The notes under the pieces: generated by a model
Told to the model about the DNA's origin: nothing
Database searches by the model: none
The model's input: the letters and a program-made list of their open reading frames with translations, nothing else
Assembly (NCBI GenBank): GCA_965219685.1
Contig: CBDCOH010000002.1
Location: 96,001-160,000 of the forward strand
DNA length: 64,000 bases
DNA from: Candidatus Spongiisociaceae bacterium
GTDB taxonomy: Bacteria > Actinomycetota > Acidimicrobiia > Spongiisociales > Spongiisociaceae
Reading direction: 5' to 3'
Shown: piece by piece, positions 10,497 to 20,435 of the stretch
Layout of the letters: each line of letters begins with the position of its first letter
Position numbering within the stretch: the first letter of the stretch is position 1
Program-made: the position numbers and the translations under genes

Positions 10497-11025
10497 AGAA
10501 ACGCTAGGTAGATTCCTAATAACACTCGATTCATGGGAAACCTACCTAGCAATAGTGGCTGGCCTATTCATAGGGTGTGTCTGGCCACGTCTAAACTTTA
10601 CTCCCGACTCCACCTTCCTACTAGCTATCTTAACCCTGTATTTCGGATTTACTGCGCTGATCGAAGCAACCAAACTATCCGTATTCGATAGACTATACAA
10701 CTCTGAATTGGGTGCGATGATTAGAAAAAACGACCCCAAACAGAAGGATGCCTTGGCTATGTTTTCTGCCGGTAGATACATTGCTGTTCTAGCTGCATTA
10801 TCAAGTATTGTGGCCTACGTAATCGTACACAGTGCTGATGGCTGGAAGCTTTCCGATATCACTAGGATGAGGATCGAATCTTCGGCTGTTGGTATAGCTG
10901 GTGGTCTGGTCGTCTGGATGGTTGGATTTTATCTATCCCTAAAGCGTAGGCAAGACGATTTCATTGAAGATATTTCATACGTTCGCTCGCTGGAAGAACG
11001 CAAGAAACGTGCCGAAGGTGGTTAA
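10474..11025 (+). CDS. four-TM membrane protein
   Basis: 183 aa with four hydrophobic segments; overlaps the upstream gene by 23 nt. Confidence 0.75.
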   Translation: MTTRKSYRETLGRFLITLDSWETYLAIVAGLFIGCVWPRLNFTPDSTFLLAILTLYFGFTALIEATKLSVFDRLYNSELGAMIRKNDPKQKDALAMFSAGRYIAVLAALSSIVAYVIVHSADGWKLSDITRMRIESSAVGIAGGLVVWMVGFYLSLKRRQDDFIEDISYVRSLEERKKRAEGG

Positions 11026-11108
11026 AAGACAGCTCCCCACACCCCGTACATTTCTCGCACCCTTCGTTGCCAATCAATAGATTGTCAAGTCAAACTAGGT
11101 ATATAATT

Positions 11109-12460
11109 GAGGCTTCGTGAAAACGTGGGGTTCCGGGCCTGTTTTCGGTGTGGTGGTTCATGTTACGAGGATTCCTCGGGCTGCGAAGTTGTTGGTGTTG
11201 GTGAATCCGTGAGCGACGCGGCGTAGGACTTGGAGGAGGTTGTTGATGCGTTCGATGGGTCCGTTGGTTGCTCGTCTGCTGTGGTGGTAGGCCAAGATCT
11301 CTTCCCCCCAGGCGATGATCGTGTCCACGACTTCGCTGTATTCGCGGTGTCTGGCCTGTGGCGTAAGGTCGGCGAACCGCCCGACGGCCTGGTTGGCGCC
11401 GTCGAGGTCTTCAGCTTCGTACAGCTGGTAGAGCCCTTGGAGAGCGTCCCAGCCCGTCCGGAGGCGGGGGTGAGCTTCGAACAGGCGATCCAGATGCTTC
11501 TGATGCCCGTCTGTGAGATGATCCGCCCGGCGGAGGAGGGTGAAGCGGGCTCCGATGCAGGTCTGGCTCGAACGTTGGGGCCGCTCGTCGGGAGGGCGGC
11601 GTTGCAGTTCACGGCGTACCATGGTCAAGCCTTCGGTGAACCACCTCGCCACGTGAGAACGGTCGAGGACATGGCGGGCGTCGGGGAGATACTGGGCGAT
11701 GGTCTGGGTGGTATGAGCGTGATCCGTCGGAGACGACGATCTCGACCTGGCGGCACCACCAAGCTCCTTGATCCCTGAAGAACCTGTGTCGGGGACGCTT
11801 TCGTGCGGCCCTCGATCATGGCTAGGACCTTGCCCGTGTCGCCACAGGCCACCACGGTCACATACCTGTGCCGACGCCGGATGGATGTCTCGTCCACCAG
11901 CAGCACCCGGCACGGTCGGGCGCGGCGACGCTTCGCTACCCGAGCTGCCTCGGCATCCACCAGGCCCATGATCCGATGCCATCCCACTCCGTGATGGCGG
12001 GACGCCGCCCGAATCGACATCCGCCGGGCGTCCTGGACCAGGCGGTGGGCCAACCGGCGGGTGAGGCCACCATCGAAGCGGGTGTGGACCTCGAGGTGCC
12101 GCTCCTCGCAGTTCGAACACACAAACCGGTGGCGGCGCCACACCAGGGTGGTACGCCGGCCGCTCACCTCCAAGTCCCGGACCCGCTTCGCTCGCCGGAA
12201 CCGACACCTTGAAACACTTGAACCCCACAATGCGGGCACCGCGACCAGGCCCGGGTCGATTCCACTTCCACCTCTAGGCGGTTGACAGAATCAACCACCA
12301 CTCCCCTCACGCGAACACCCGACAAGTGCAGACGAACCGACATAAGATCAGACATCGAGGCCTCCTGGCATCGGCGATTTGGTACTTCACCGATTCCAGC
12401 GGGGCCTCACCCCCTTTCCAAGGATTTCACCCCCCCCATCCCACGTTTTCGCGCAGGGCC
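11109..12460 (-). mobile_element. full-length ISL3 element, transposase frameshifted
   Basis: Inverted ends sharing gaaaacgtggg; zinc finger CPHCG...CSNC, VDETS, NGPIE in shifting frames 11158-12355; no target duplication seen. Confidence 0.9.
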
Positions 12461-12694
12461 AACTGGTTGTCGAGACTCCCCTGCATCGGTGCCGGAGCGG
12501 CGAGGGGGCCGTCCCGTTGGTGGGTCAGCGTCTTGGAACCACAACATCAGGATTTCTCCGGCGCGTTTGTGGATTCGGTTGGACGCGGCCAGCGCGGGGT
12601 TCCGCTGGACTCTTCGCGTTGGGCAGGTGCGTGACTCTCAAGGGGATGTTCTCGGTAGGACCGACCTAGTGACGTTTCGAGATGTGGGAACGCG

Positions 12695-15600
12695 TCACGC
12701 CGGCACAAGTGGTTTCTTGCGCCCGTAGCGCTCACGGATGAAGGTCTCGACATCGGCGGACGGAACTTCTCGCGTTGAGTTGTTGCGGCGTTGGTAGAGC
12801 GTTTTGGCGCCCTCCTTGTTCTTGACCCAGATGGGCCGGGAACTGACGGGCACGTCGATCCGGCAGACGTCGTGGTTGTTGACTCGGTCGATGCGGATGT
12901 CAAGGCGGTTGGCGCCGGCGTGGCCGAGGCTGTTCTCGAAGAGGGTGTCGAGCCAGTTGACGTAGCCGTCGGCGTTCGGAGGTTTGACTTGGGCGTAGTC
13001 GTCGTCGAGGCCGACCGGTTCGCCACGATCGGTGACGCCGATCAGCAGGGTCCCGCCCCGGTCGTTGAGCAATCCGGCGACTGTCTTGACGACAACCTGT
13101 TCCATCCTCTTGTCCCTGCGCCGCTCCCGCACGTTCCACCGGGCGGTCTGTTTGTACTCGACTGTTCTGGACTCGTCGTCGACAAGGAGTTCTCGGGTGG
13201 GGCAAGCCCAAGTGGCGTTCGCTCCGAAGAGCGTCTCGATGAGTTGGGCGAACAGTTCTGGGTCGGTGCGGACTTGGGCTAGGAGGTCATCGTTGACCTC
13301 CTCAGGAGTGGTCGGCACTGTCGCCACCGCCGTACCCGTGCCGGTGTCATCATCGGGTGTGTCGTAGACGCTTCCGCCATTGTCGAAATAGCTGGCGTAG
13401 ATGTGGTCGAAGATAGCGTCGACCTTTTGGTCGAAGAGTCCGGGGCCGTAGACGTCGGGCAGTTCATCGTCGAGGACGGTGCCGACTGCGACGCGAACCG
13501 CGGAGCGAGTTTGCTGGCGGCGTTTCCAGTCGAGGACGAGTTTCTCCTCGACATGGTCCAACAGCTTCTTCGCAGCGCCCTTGACTTTCTTTGCCTCGGC
13601 CTCGGTCAGCTGCGGCTCCGGCTTGGTGAGCAGGTCGAAGACGGCCAGTTCTGCCTCGGTCGCGTCTTCTCGAACGGCGCGCTGCTCTTCGTTGGTCAAC
13701 TCGTCGTTGATGGCCCTGAGCCTACGGAGGAACTCCTCGAGGTTGTGAGTGCCGGCGTTGTAGTCCTCGATGAGGCGTCGGAACCTCTCGGCCAGGTCCA
13801 TCCGGGTCGGGTTCTTTCGCACCGCCTCAACAAGCCGTTTCTTGATGTTCTTCTCGATGGCCAGCGCGGCTGTTCGCTTGTTGGCGGCGAAGTTCAAGGA
13901 GAGTTGCTCGAAGTCGATCTGGTTGAGATCGATCAACGGATCAGTCCCACCGGTGCTGCGAATGATGTACTCCTTCGCCCCGACCGACCGATCGAGCAGT
14001 TCCGACACCGAGTCCATCACCCCGCTGATGTCGGGCGAATCGGTCGCCGATGCGATCTTCGATGCGATCGAGCGAATTACAGCCACCCGGTGGGTGACCG
14101 CCATCGCCTCAGGATCAGGTAGCAGCGCCTTGAAGGTCTTTCGGACCCTGCGGGCAAGCGACACGTACCGGCGGCGGGTCTGTTCGTCAATCAGTAGCGC
14201 TTCCACGGCGGCCTTCTGCAAGGCGACGAACTCGAACCCCTGCGCTGCCTCCATGTCGTCGAGGTCGATGTCGTTGGCATCGCACAAGTCGGCTACGTCG
14301 CCCAGCGCCGCACTCAACCCTGCGATCAGGTCGTCCTTGGGCCGGATCGGCAGGTCGCGGCCCGACGCGGTGCGGTCAGCACCGTAGATGGCGAGCGCCT
14401 TCTCCAGGTTCCGGAACACACCGACGTAGTCGACGATCAGACCGTTGTCCTTGTCCGGGAACACCCGGTTGGCCCGGGCGATGGTCTGCATCAATGTGTG
14501 GTTCCGCATCGGCTTGTCGAGATACACCGTTGACGTCGACGGGGAGTCGAACCCCGTGAGCCACATCGCACACACGAACACCAACCGGAACGGATCGTCA
14601 GGGTCCTTGAACTTGGAGTTGAGGTCCTCGGTGAGCATCCGCTTGCGATGCTTGGCGATGTCGAGACCGGCAGCGGCCATCTCTGCCACTTCGTTCTGGG
14701 CCTGCGACACCACCACGGCCATGTCGGTGCTGCGCATGAACTCGATAAGGGACTCCAGGTGCGGTCTCTCCATCTCGGGGGTGTTCACCAACCGACTTTC
14801 GAGGTCGGCCAGATAGCGGACCCACTCGGCCTCCACCAGGTCGTACATCCGCACGGCCGTAGCCTTGTCGATGGCCACATACATGGCCTTTCCCCGGAAT
14901 CCCCGATTGACGAAGTGGTGGACCAGATCCTCGGCGATTTCGGCGAGCCGCCGGGGTCGCGTGATCAGCTGGTACTGCTGGGAGAATCGGCGCGCGACTG
15001 CCTTTTCCTGGGCATCGTCCAAAGCGGCCTCTTCGAGCAGGTCTTCGAGTTCCTCGTCGAAGTCTTCGTTGGTGAGCTGCAACTCTGGGATGCGGTTCTC
15101 GTAGTAGAGCGGGACGGTGGCCCCGTCAGCGATGGAGTCCCGGAAGTTGTAGATCGACACGTAGTCGCCGAACACCTGCCGGGTTCTCTCCTCCTCCCCG
15201 GCGATCAGCGGTGTGCCGGTGAAACCCAGAAACGAGGCGTTCGGCAACGAGAGTCGCATGTTGGCGGCCAGCGTGTCGTACTGTGATCGGTGGGCCTCGT
15301 CGGTGACAACCACGATGTCATCCCGTCGGGACAGGACCGGCATCGGTTGGCCCTTCTCGGGTGGGATGAACTTGTGGATCAGCGTGAACACGTACCGGTG
15401 GTCCTGGCCCAGCAACTCCCGTAGGTGGGCTGAACTCTCGGCGTGAACCTGCTGGCCGGTGGTTATCACCCCAGAGTCGACAAATTCCTCGTAGAGCTGC
15501 TCGTCGAGTTCCTTCCGATCGGTCACCAGCACGAACGTCCAATTGCCGGGCTCCTTGCGCAGCACCTTCTGGGTGAACCACAACATCGACAGTGACTTGC

Positions 15601-16507
15601 CCGACCCCTGGGTATGCCAGAACACCCCGAGCCGACCCTCACGCTCCTTCAGTTCCCGCAGAGCCTCAAGCGCATTGTTCACGCCAAGGAACTGGTGGTT
15701 CTTGGCGAGCACCTTCACCAGACCGCCCGGCCGTTCCGTGAAGGCAACGAAGTTCTCGACCAAATCCAGCAGTCGACGCCGCTCGCAGGTGCCGCGCAAG
15801 GCGGTCTCCAGCGACACCACGCCCTGCTCGCCCTCGGAGTTGATCCTCTTCCAATCGGTGAAATGCCCCCATGGAGCGAACGTCGAGCCAACGCGTGTGT
15901 CGGCTCCGTTCGAGAGCAAAACGAACGCGTTGAACCAGAACAGGTGCGGGACGGTGTCGCGGTAGTCGCGGAGGTTGCCCTCGTACGCGTCCCGGACGTT
16001 CTTGTGTGACACTTTCAGTTCGACCAAGACCAGCGGGATGCCGTTGACGAACAACACCACATCGGCCCGCCGCTTGTACATGTCGCCAACGATCCAAAAC
16101 TGCGAAACCGCCAACCAGTCGTTCGCGTCAGCGTTGTTCCAGTCCATGAACCGCACCGTGACCGTCTGGCTCTTGCCGTCAGCTCCGATCGTTTCGATCT
16201 TCGCGCCATCGCGAAGTAGTACATCGACCTCGCGGTTTGCCCGAACCCGGTCCATCGCCGACCGATCCTCGACCAACCGCTCCACCGCCGCATCCAGTGC
16301 CGCCTCAGGACGACCAGGATTCAGAACACGAAGCGACTCTCGGAGCCGGTAAACGAGCACGGGCTCGGACCGTGAGTCGCGACCTAGCGTGCCCAGCGGC
16401 CCGAGGCTCTCCTCGAACCCCAACGCCACTTTCCAACCCAACCGTGACAACAGACGGAGTGCTGGCTGCTCAACCAGTTCGTCCTCGGTCAGACCAACTG
16501 GACTCAC
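12695..16507 (-). CDS. hsdR: type I restriction subunit R with C-terminal Schlafen/AlbA_2 domain
   Basis: ADVVLFVNGIPLVLVELK nuclease, HTQGSGKS Walker A, DEAHRSQY, QTIARANR; last ~165 aa ESRTVEYK...VAGLLNDRGGTLLIGVTD. Confidence 0.95.
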   Translation of the reverse strand: MSPVGLTEDELVEQPALRLLSRLGWKVALGFEESLGPLGTLGRDSRSEPVLVYRLRESLRVLNPGRPEAALDAAVERLVEDRSAMDRVRANREVDVLLRDGAKIETIGADGKSQTVTVRFMDWNNADANDWLAVSQFWIVGDMYKRRADVVLFVNGIPLVLVELKVSHKNVRDAYEGNLRDYRDTVPHLFWFNAFVLLSNGADTRVGSTFAPWGHFTDWKRINSEGEQGVVSLETALRGTCERRRLLDLVENFVAFTERPGGLVKVLAKNHQFLGVNNALEALRELKEREGRLGVFWHTQGSGKSLSMLWFTQKVLRKEPGNWTFVLVTDRKELDEQLYEEFVDSGVITTGQQVHAESSAHLRELLGQDHRYVFTLIHKFIPPEKGQPMPVLSRRDDIVVVTDEAHRSQYDTLAANMRLSLPNASFLGFTGTPLIAGEEERTRQVFGDYVSIYNFRDSIADGATVPLYYENRIPELQLTNEDFDEELEDLLEEAALDDAQEKAVARRFSQQYQLITRPRRLAEIAEDLVHHFVNRGFRGKAMYVAIDKATAVRMYDLVEAEWVRYLADLESRLVNTPEMERPHLESLIEFMRSTDMAVVVSQAQNEVAEMAAAGLDIAKHRKRMLTEDLNSKFKDPDDPFRLVFVCAMWLTGFDSPSTSTVYLDKPMRNHTLMQTIARANRVFPDKDNGLIVDYVGVFRNLEKALAIYGADRTASGRDLPIRPKDDLIAGLSAALGDVADLCDANDIDLDDMEAAQGFEFVALQKAAVEALLIDEQTRRRYVSLARRVRKTFKALLPDPEAMAVTHRVAVIRSIASKIASATDSPDISGVMDSVSELLDRSVGAKEYIIRSTGGTDPLIDLNQIDFEQLSLNFAANKRTAALAIEKNIKKRLVEAVRKNPTRMDLAERFRRLIEDYNAGTHNLEEFLRRLRAINDELTNEEQRAVREDATEAELAVFDLLTKPEPQLTEAEAKKVKGAAKKLLDHVEEKLVLDWKRRQQTRSAVRVAVGTVLDDELPDVYGPGLFDQKVDAIFDHIYASYFDNGGSVYDTPDDDTGTGTAVATVPTTPEEVNDDLLAQVRTDPELFAQLIETLFGANATWACPTRELLVDDESRTVEYKQTARWNVRERRRDKRMEQVVVKTVAGLLNDRGGTLLIGVTDRGEPVGLDDDYAQVKPPNADGYVNWLDTLFENSLGHAGANRLDIRIDRVNNHDVCRIDVPVSSRPIWVKNKEGAKTLYQRRNNSTREVPSADVETFIRERYGRKKPLVPA

Positions 16508-17763
16508 ACCGCCTCCACCACCAGATCTATATCAAGCTCCGATACATCCAACTCCCCCGACACAAGACGAGGCAGCAGGAGGTTCCGCGCACCCCGCAGC
16601 ACCCGATTCTGTGCTGCGAGGGTCTTTCTCAGAGAATCAATTGGCCCCACAATGTCGCTGAATGCCTGTTCAACATCATGGGTGGGGTGGGGAATGCAAT
16701 AGTTCATGAGGACTCCGGTGTTTGCCCTCGGCATCTTTGTCCCGTTGGAGGTTGCGGTTGCAACACCAACGAATTCGTCACTTGACGCAACCGCTAAGGC
16801 TCGACACCGGAAGGATTCCTCTTTGGGTCTAAAGACAATCGTATCCGTCGAAGAACACCCCGAGATAGGTGCATCGACCACCTTATGAAAGTAGGGCCGA
16901 ATTTTGCCGAAGAGAATATCCCCCTCGGAGAAGATCTTTCGTCGACTTCCAACCTGCGAGGCCTCTTCCCACTCATAGAGTGTCGTGGAACGCCTTGGCA
17001 GGTGCTGAAGTCCCACTACCGGTGTTCCTTCGGATATATTGTCCGGAGACACCGTCTGTTTGATCTCCGACACGAGATCTGAGAACTTACCTGCTTTCCA
17101 ACCATCGGGGATCGGGCCAATGTCGGAGTCGATCAACTCGCTATCTTCGTGGCCCGGGAATCGGAGGTGTACGAACCACTCCCTATACAACAACCGAGCC
17201 ATCTCCTCCAGAATCTCGATCCGGCGCCGATTGTTGTCGATCAAGCCGTCGTACATCCCCAGTTCACGTGCCATCCTCCGTTGGTCTTCAAGAGCGGGCA
17301 ATGGGATCTCCACTAGAGACAGTATCTCTTGGTTAAGTGATGCCATCGTCGCTCCGAACGAGCAGTAGTTATGCATCCAGCGTCGATGCCATTCAGTACG
17401 AAGTGTGAACGATACGAACGTTGGATCAATAACGTTCTTATCCAGTCGCAAACGGATACAGTCGGACCCTTGGATCCAGCCTGTTTCTCGTGACGTAATG
17501 AGAGCGTGACGATCTACAGCTCCCTTTCGACCGAAAACTATGTCACCCTCCTGAAGCCGGTGTCGTGCTAGGCGCTCGACATGTTCTGCTGGGAGAAACT
17601 CCAATCCATGAGTCCGGATCTCACCGTAACCAACGTTACGAACGTTGATTACGGGTGTGCCATCATGCGTATACTGATCCGCCGATAGCTGCGTCCCAAA
17701 CGGACCCGTTGTTAGCTCGGCAACCCCTCGGGATTGGAGATCCCCGATCCGAACTGTCTTCAT
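16504..17763 (-). CDS. hsdS: type I R-M specificity subunit
   Basis: Two TRDs joined by IPLPALEDQRR...LLYREWFV...IPDGW; C-terminal RNLLLPRLVSGELDV; lower GC. Confidence 0.95.
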   Translation of the reverse strand: MKTVRIGDLQSRGVAELTTGPFGTQLSADQYTHDGTPVINVRNVGYGEIRTHGLEFLPAEHVERLARHRLQEGDIVFGRKGAVDRHALITSRETGWIQGSDCIRLRLDKNVIDPTFVSFTLRTEWHRRWMHNYCSFGATMASLNQEILSLVEIPLPALEDQRRMARELGMYDGLIDNNRRRIEILEEMARLLYREWFVHLRFPGHEDSELIDSDIGPIPDGWKAGKFSDLVSEIKQTVSPDNISEGTPVVGLQHLPRRSTTLYEWEEASQVGSRRKIFSEGDILFGKIRPYFHKVVDAPISGCSSTDTIVFRPKEESFRCRALAVASSDEFVGVATATSNGTKMPRANTGVLMNYCIPHPTHDVEQAFSDIVGPIDSLRKTLAAQNRVLRGARNLLLPRLVSGELDVSELDIDLVVEAV

Positions 17764-19334
17764 TCGACGGACTGCATCTGGCCCCGGATCCTGTCGGACA
17801 GGAGAGAGGCTTCGTCAGTGAGTTTCGCAAATGTGCCAGCAAGTTGTGTCATCGCTACGACAAATTCGCCATGGTCGACAAGGGACCTGACTACATCTAC
17901 ATATCGGCCTGGATTGAGACTCCATCCCTGCACTTCGAGCTCTTCGATACTTGTGACAGCACACAGGCCAGGCACATCTGTATAAGTGTCGGCGGGAAAT
18001 CTCTTGCTGAGCAACTCCTCACTTCCTGCCTCGAATTCGGGCTTCTCGCCGCGCCACAACCGTACGATGTTGGCGAGGAACTCAATTTGCTGTGGTGTCC
18101 AGTCACGATGGGCTCGGTCGATCTGGTTGTAGATCTCACGAGCGTCGATAAAGAGCACTTGGTCAGCCCGGTCAGTGCGTTTCTTGCCTCGGTCGAGGAA
18201 CCACAGCGTCACGGGCAACGTGACGGTGTAAAACATGTTCGTGGTGGCAGCCAAGATCACATCAACGGTCCGGTCTTCAATGAGCTTACGGCGGATGTGC
18301 AGTTCACTTCCTCTGGCGTCGGATGCCGAGTTCGCCATGACGAATCCGGCACGGCCGCTCTTGTTGAGCGCGGAGTAGAATGTCTGGATCCAGATGTAGT
18401 TGCCGTTGTCAGCCTTCGGCAGTCCGAACGGGAACCGGGAATCGTCCTCGAGCTTGGTCCTATCAATCTTTTTGACATTGAACGGCGGGTTGGCCATGAC
18501 GAAGTCGAACTTGCCGCCTGAATCATGGAGATCCTCGTAGTAGGTGTTGCCTTCTCGAATGTCCCCGCCGAGGCCATGGACGGATAGGTTCATCTTTGCG
18601 AGCCGGACGGTGTCGCCGGTCTTCTCCTGACCGTAGATCGAGAGTTCCTGGCTAGGGTCGTGACGGTGACGTTCGACGAAGTGGGCGGACTGTACGAACA
18701 TCCCGCCCGACCCGCAAGCGGGGTCATAGATCTTTCCGCGGAATGGTTCGAGGATCTCGACAATGAGCCGGACGATCGAAGTCGGTGTGAAGAACTCGCC
18801 GCCCTGCCGACCCTCCGACAGGGCGAACTTGCCGAGGAAATACTCGTAGATCAGCCCGAACCCGTCACCTTCGATCACCTCCGGCAGTCCCCGCAGTAGC
18901 CGCAGGAGTTCTCCGAGGATGTTGTCGGGAACACGGGAGTAGTCCCCTGGCAGAACACCCTTGAGGTCGGGGTTGTGCTTCTCGATGCCGGTCATGGCAC
19001 GGTTGATGGACTTCCCGATGTCGGCGCCCTCGGGAAGGTTGAGGAGCGTCTCGAACCGCGATTCGTCCGGCAGATACAGGGCACCAATGGCCTTGTAGTC
19101 ATCGGGCCCGGTCGGACGCCGATCAGATCCCGGGCCCACTACCTCGTCGGCCTGCGCGAATCGATCGTCGGCGTACCGAAGAAAGATGAGCCCCAACACC
19201 GGCGAGGCATACTCCGATGCCTTCAGCCCCGAGTTGGCTCGTAACTGGTCCGCCGTCTCCCAGAGCGTGCTCTGTAGTTCACCGAGGTCCGTCGCCACCC
19301 CTGCTCTTCCTGTTGCCCCTCCATTGTCTCGCAA
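17760..19334 (-). CDS. hsdM: type I R-M methyltransferase (m6A); GTG at 19298 is an alternative start
   Basis: LWETADQLRANS, GEFFTP, IYDPACGSGGMF, MANPPF. Confidence 0.95.
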   Translation of the reverse strand: MRDNGGATGRAGVATDLGELQSTLWETADQLRANSGLKASEYASPVLGLIFLRYADDRFAQADEVVGPGSDRRPTGPDDYKAIGALYLPDESRFETLLNLPEGADIGKSINRAMTGIEKHNPDLKGVLPGDYSRVPDNILGELLRLLRGLPEVIEGDGFGLIYEYFLGKFALSEGRQGGEFFTPTSIVRLIVEILEPFRGKIYDPACGSGGMFVQSAHFVERHRHDPSQELSIYGQEKTGDTVRLAKMNLSVHGLGGDIREGNTYYEDLHDSGGKFDFVMANPPFNVKKIDRTKLEDDSRFPFGLPKADNGNYIWIQTFYSALNKSGRAGFVMANSASDARGSELHIRRKLIEDRTVDVILAATTNMFYTVTLPVTLWFLDRGKKRTDRADQVLFIDAREIYNQIDRAHRDWTPQQIEFLANIVRLWRGEKPEFEAGSEELLSKRFPADTYTDVPGLCAVTSIEELEVQGWSLNPGRYVDVVRSLVDHGEFVVAMTQLAGTFAKLTDEASLLSDRIRGQMQSVE

Positions 19335-19884
19335 ATGTAGGTGTCGACCAAAGGCGACCGATCCACTTCTTGAACCGGCGGAAGCCGAAGCGGTTGGCTA
19401 TCTCGTTCTGTAGGTTCGTGATCGCCTGCTTACTTGTCTGGCCGGGGCCCCATCCTTTCAGGTTCATCTCTGAGGGTGTAGTGATCGGGGCGTTCTCCCA
19501 TGCCTGGCTGATGTAGGGGCCGACGTCGCGGTTGATGATGGCTCGGGTTGTGGCGTAGGTGTTTGCGAGGTCAGGATGCTCGGTGACGATCCATGCTTGA
19601 TGGTAGGCAAGGCGTTCTTGGAGGTCGTGGCCGCGGTTAGCGAGAGCGGTGAGGGTGGATGGGTTGTTGTCGGCGCGACGGCGGACGCGGTAGGGGAACT
19701 CGGTCCATGCGACGAGGGTTTGGACTGCTTCCGCGTAGCGTTCGCGGCGACGGTTGGTGGCTTCGTTTAGGCGGGCGTAGGCCATGGTTGCAATCGAGCC
19801 GATGATGGCACCGACAGGTGCCGCGAGGATCGCCCATAGCTGGCTGTCGGTTGAAGAAGCTGCGATGGTGGTCACGGTGAACAT
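19279..19884 (-). CDS. single N-terminal TM helical protein; candidate CBASS effector or accessory
   Basis: TM LWAILAAPVGAIIGSIATMAY; start overlaps the E2 stop and the end overlaps the hsdM start. Confidence 0.75.
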   Translation of the reverse strand: MFTVTTIAASSTDSQLWAILAAPVGAIIGSIATMAYARLNEATNRRRERYAEAVQTLVAWTEFPYRVRRRADNNPSTLTALANRGHDLQERLAYHQAWIVTEHPDLANTYATTRAIINRDVGPYISQAWENAPITTPSEMNLKGWGPGQTSKQAITNLQNEIANRFGFRRFKKWIGRLWSTPTFARQWRGNRKSRGGDGPR

Positions 19885-20435
19885 CAGGCTACCCGGAGGC
19901 TAGGGGTTCGGATGGGATGCGGTCGACCGTCGGGCCGGTGCCCGTGGGGGGCGTCCTCGACCGGCCAGGAGCCGTGACGGCGCCAGTATTCTTCACACCA
20001 CAGGTGACGTTGCACTATGCGTAGGTAGGCATCTATCCCGTCGGACCAGTGCCATCGTAGGTAGCCGGGATCTCGAGGGTATTCGACGCACAGTGACCCG
20101 AGGAGTTCCTCCCACGGTATCGGTGTTGACTGTGACCATTCCAGAACTTGCCTGATGGAGAGGCGCGGGTAGCGGTGCAGCCAGGTACGTTCATCGCTCC
20201 TCGCGGGGATAGCGTGTAAGTCGCCGTTGGATCGCACGGCGATACGGACGCGCTCGGCGGGGTAGCCGGGCAGTCCCCGGGGCGGGGGAGGCTCGAACTG
20301 CACGTCGAAGATGGTCAATCGCTTGTTGTGTCTCACGAGTCTGATGTCCATACCGTCGACAACGTCTGACTGGTTGAGCCACCGGATACAGGCTTGAGGG
20401 TTCCTCCGGACGTGGTTCAGCCCGCCTGGTTTCAT
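19884..20435 (-). CDS. prokaryotic E2 (ubiquitin-conjugating-like) protein of short type II CBASS
   Basis: HRYP...GSLCVEYPRDP...W...G and C-terminal WPVEDAPHG; ATGA overlap with the cyclase stop. Confidence 0.7.
   Translation of the reverse strand: MKPGGLNHVRRNPQACIRWLNQSDVVDGMDIRLVRHNKRLTIFDVQFEPPPPRGLPGYPAERVRIAVRSNGDLHAIPARSDERTWLHRYPRLSIRQVLEWSQSTPIPWEELLGSLCVEYPRDPGYLRWHWSDGIDAYLRIVQRHLWCEEYWRRHGSWPVEDAPHGHRPDGRPHPIRTPSLRVA

Noticed and set aside
5408-12460. Active composite transposon formed by two ISL3 copies
   Set aside because: The left copy lacks its outer end, both transposases are broken, and no flanking target duplication is seen
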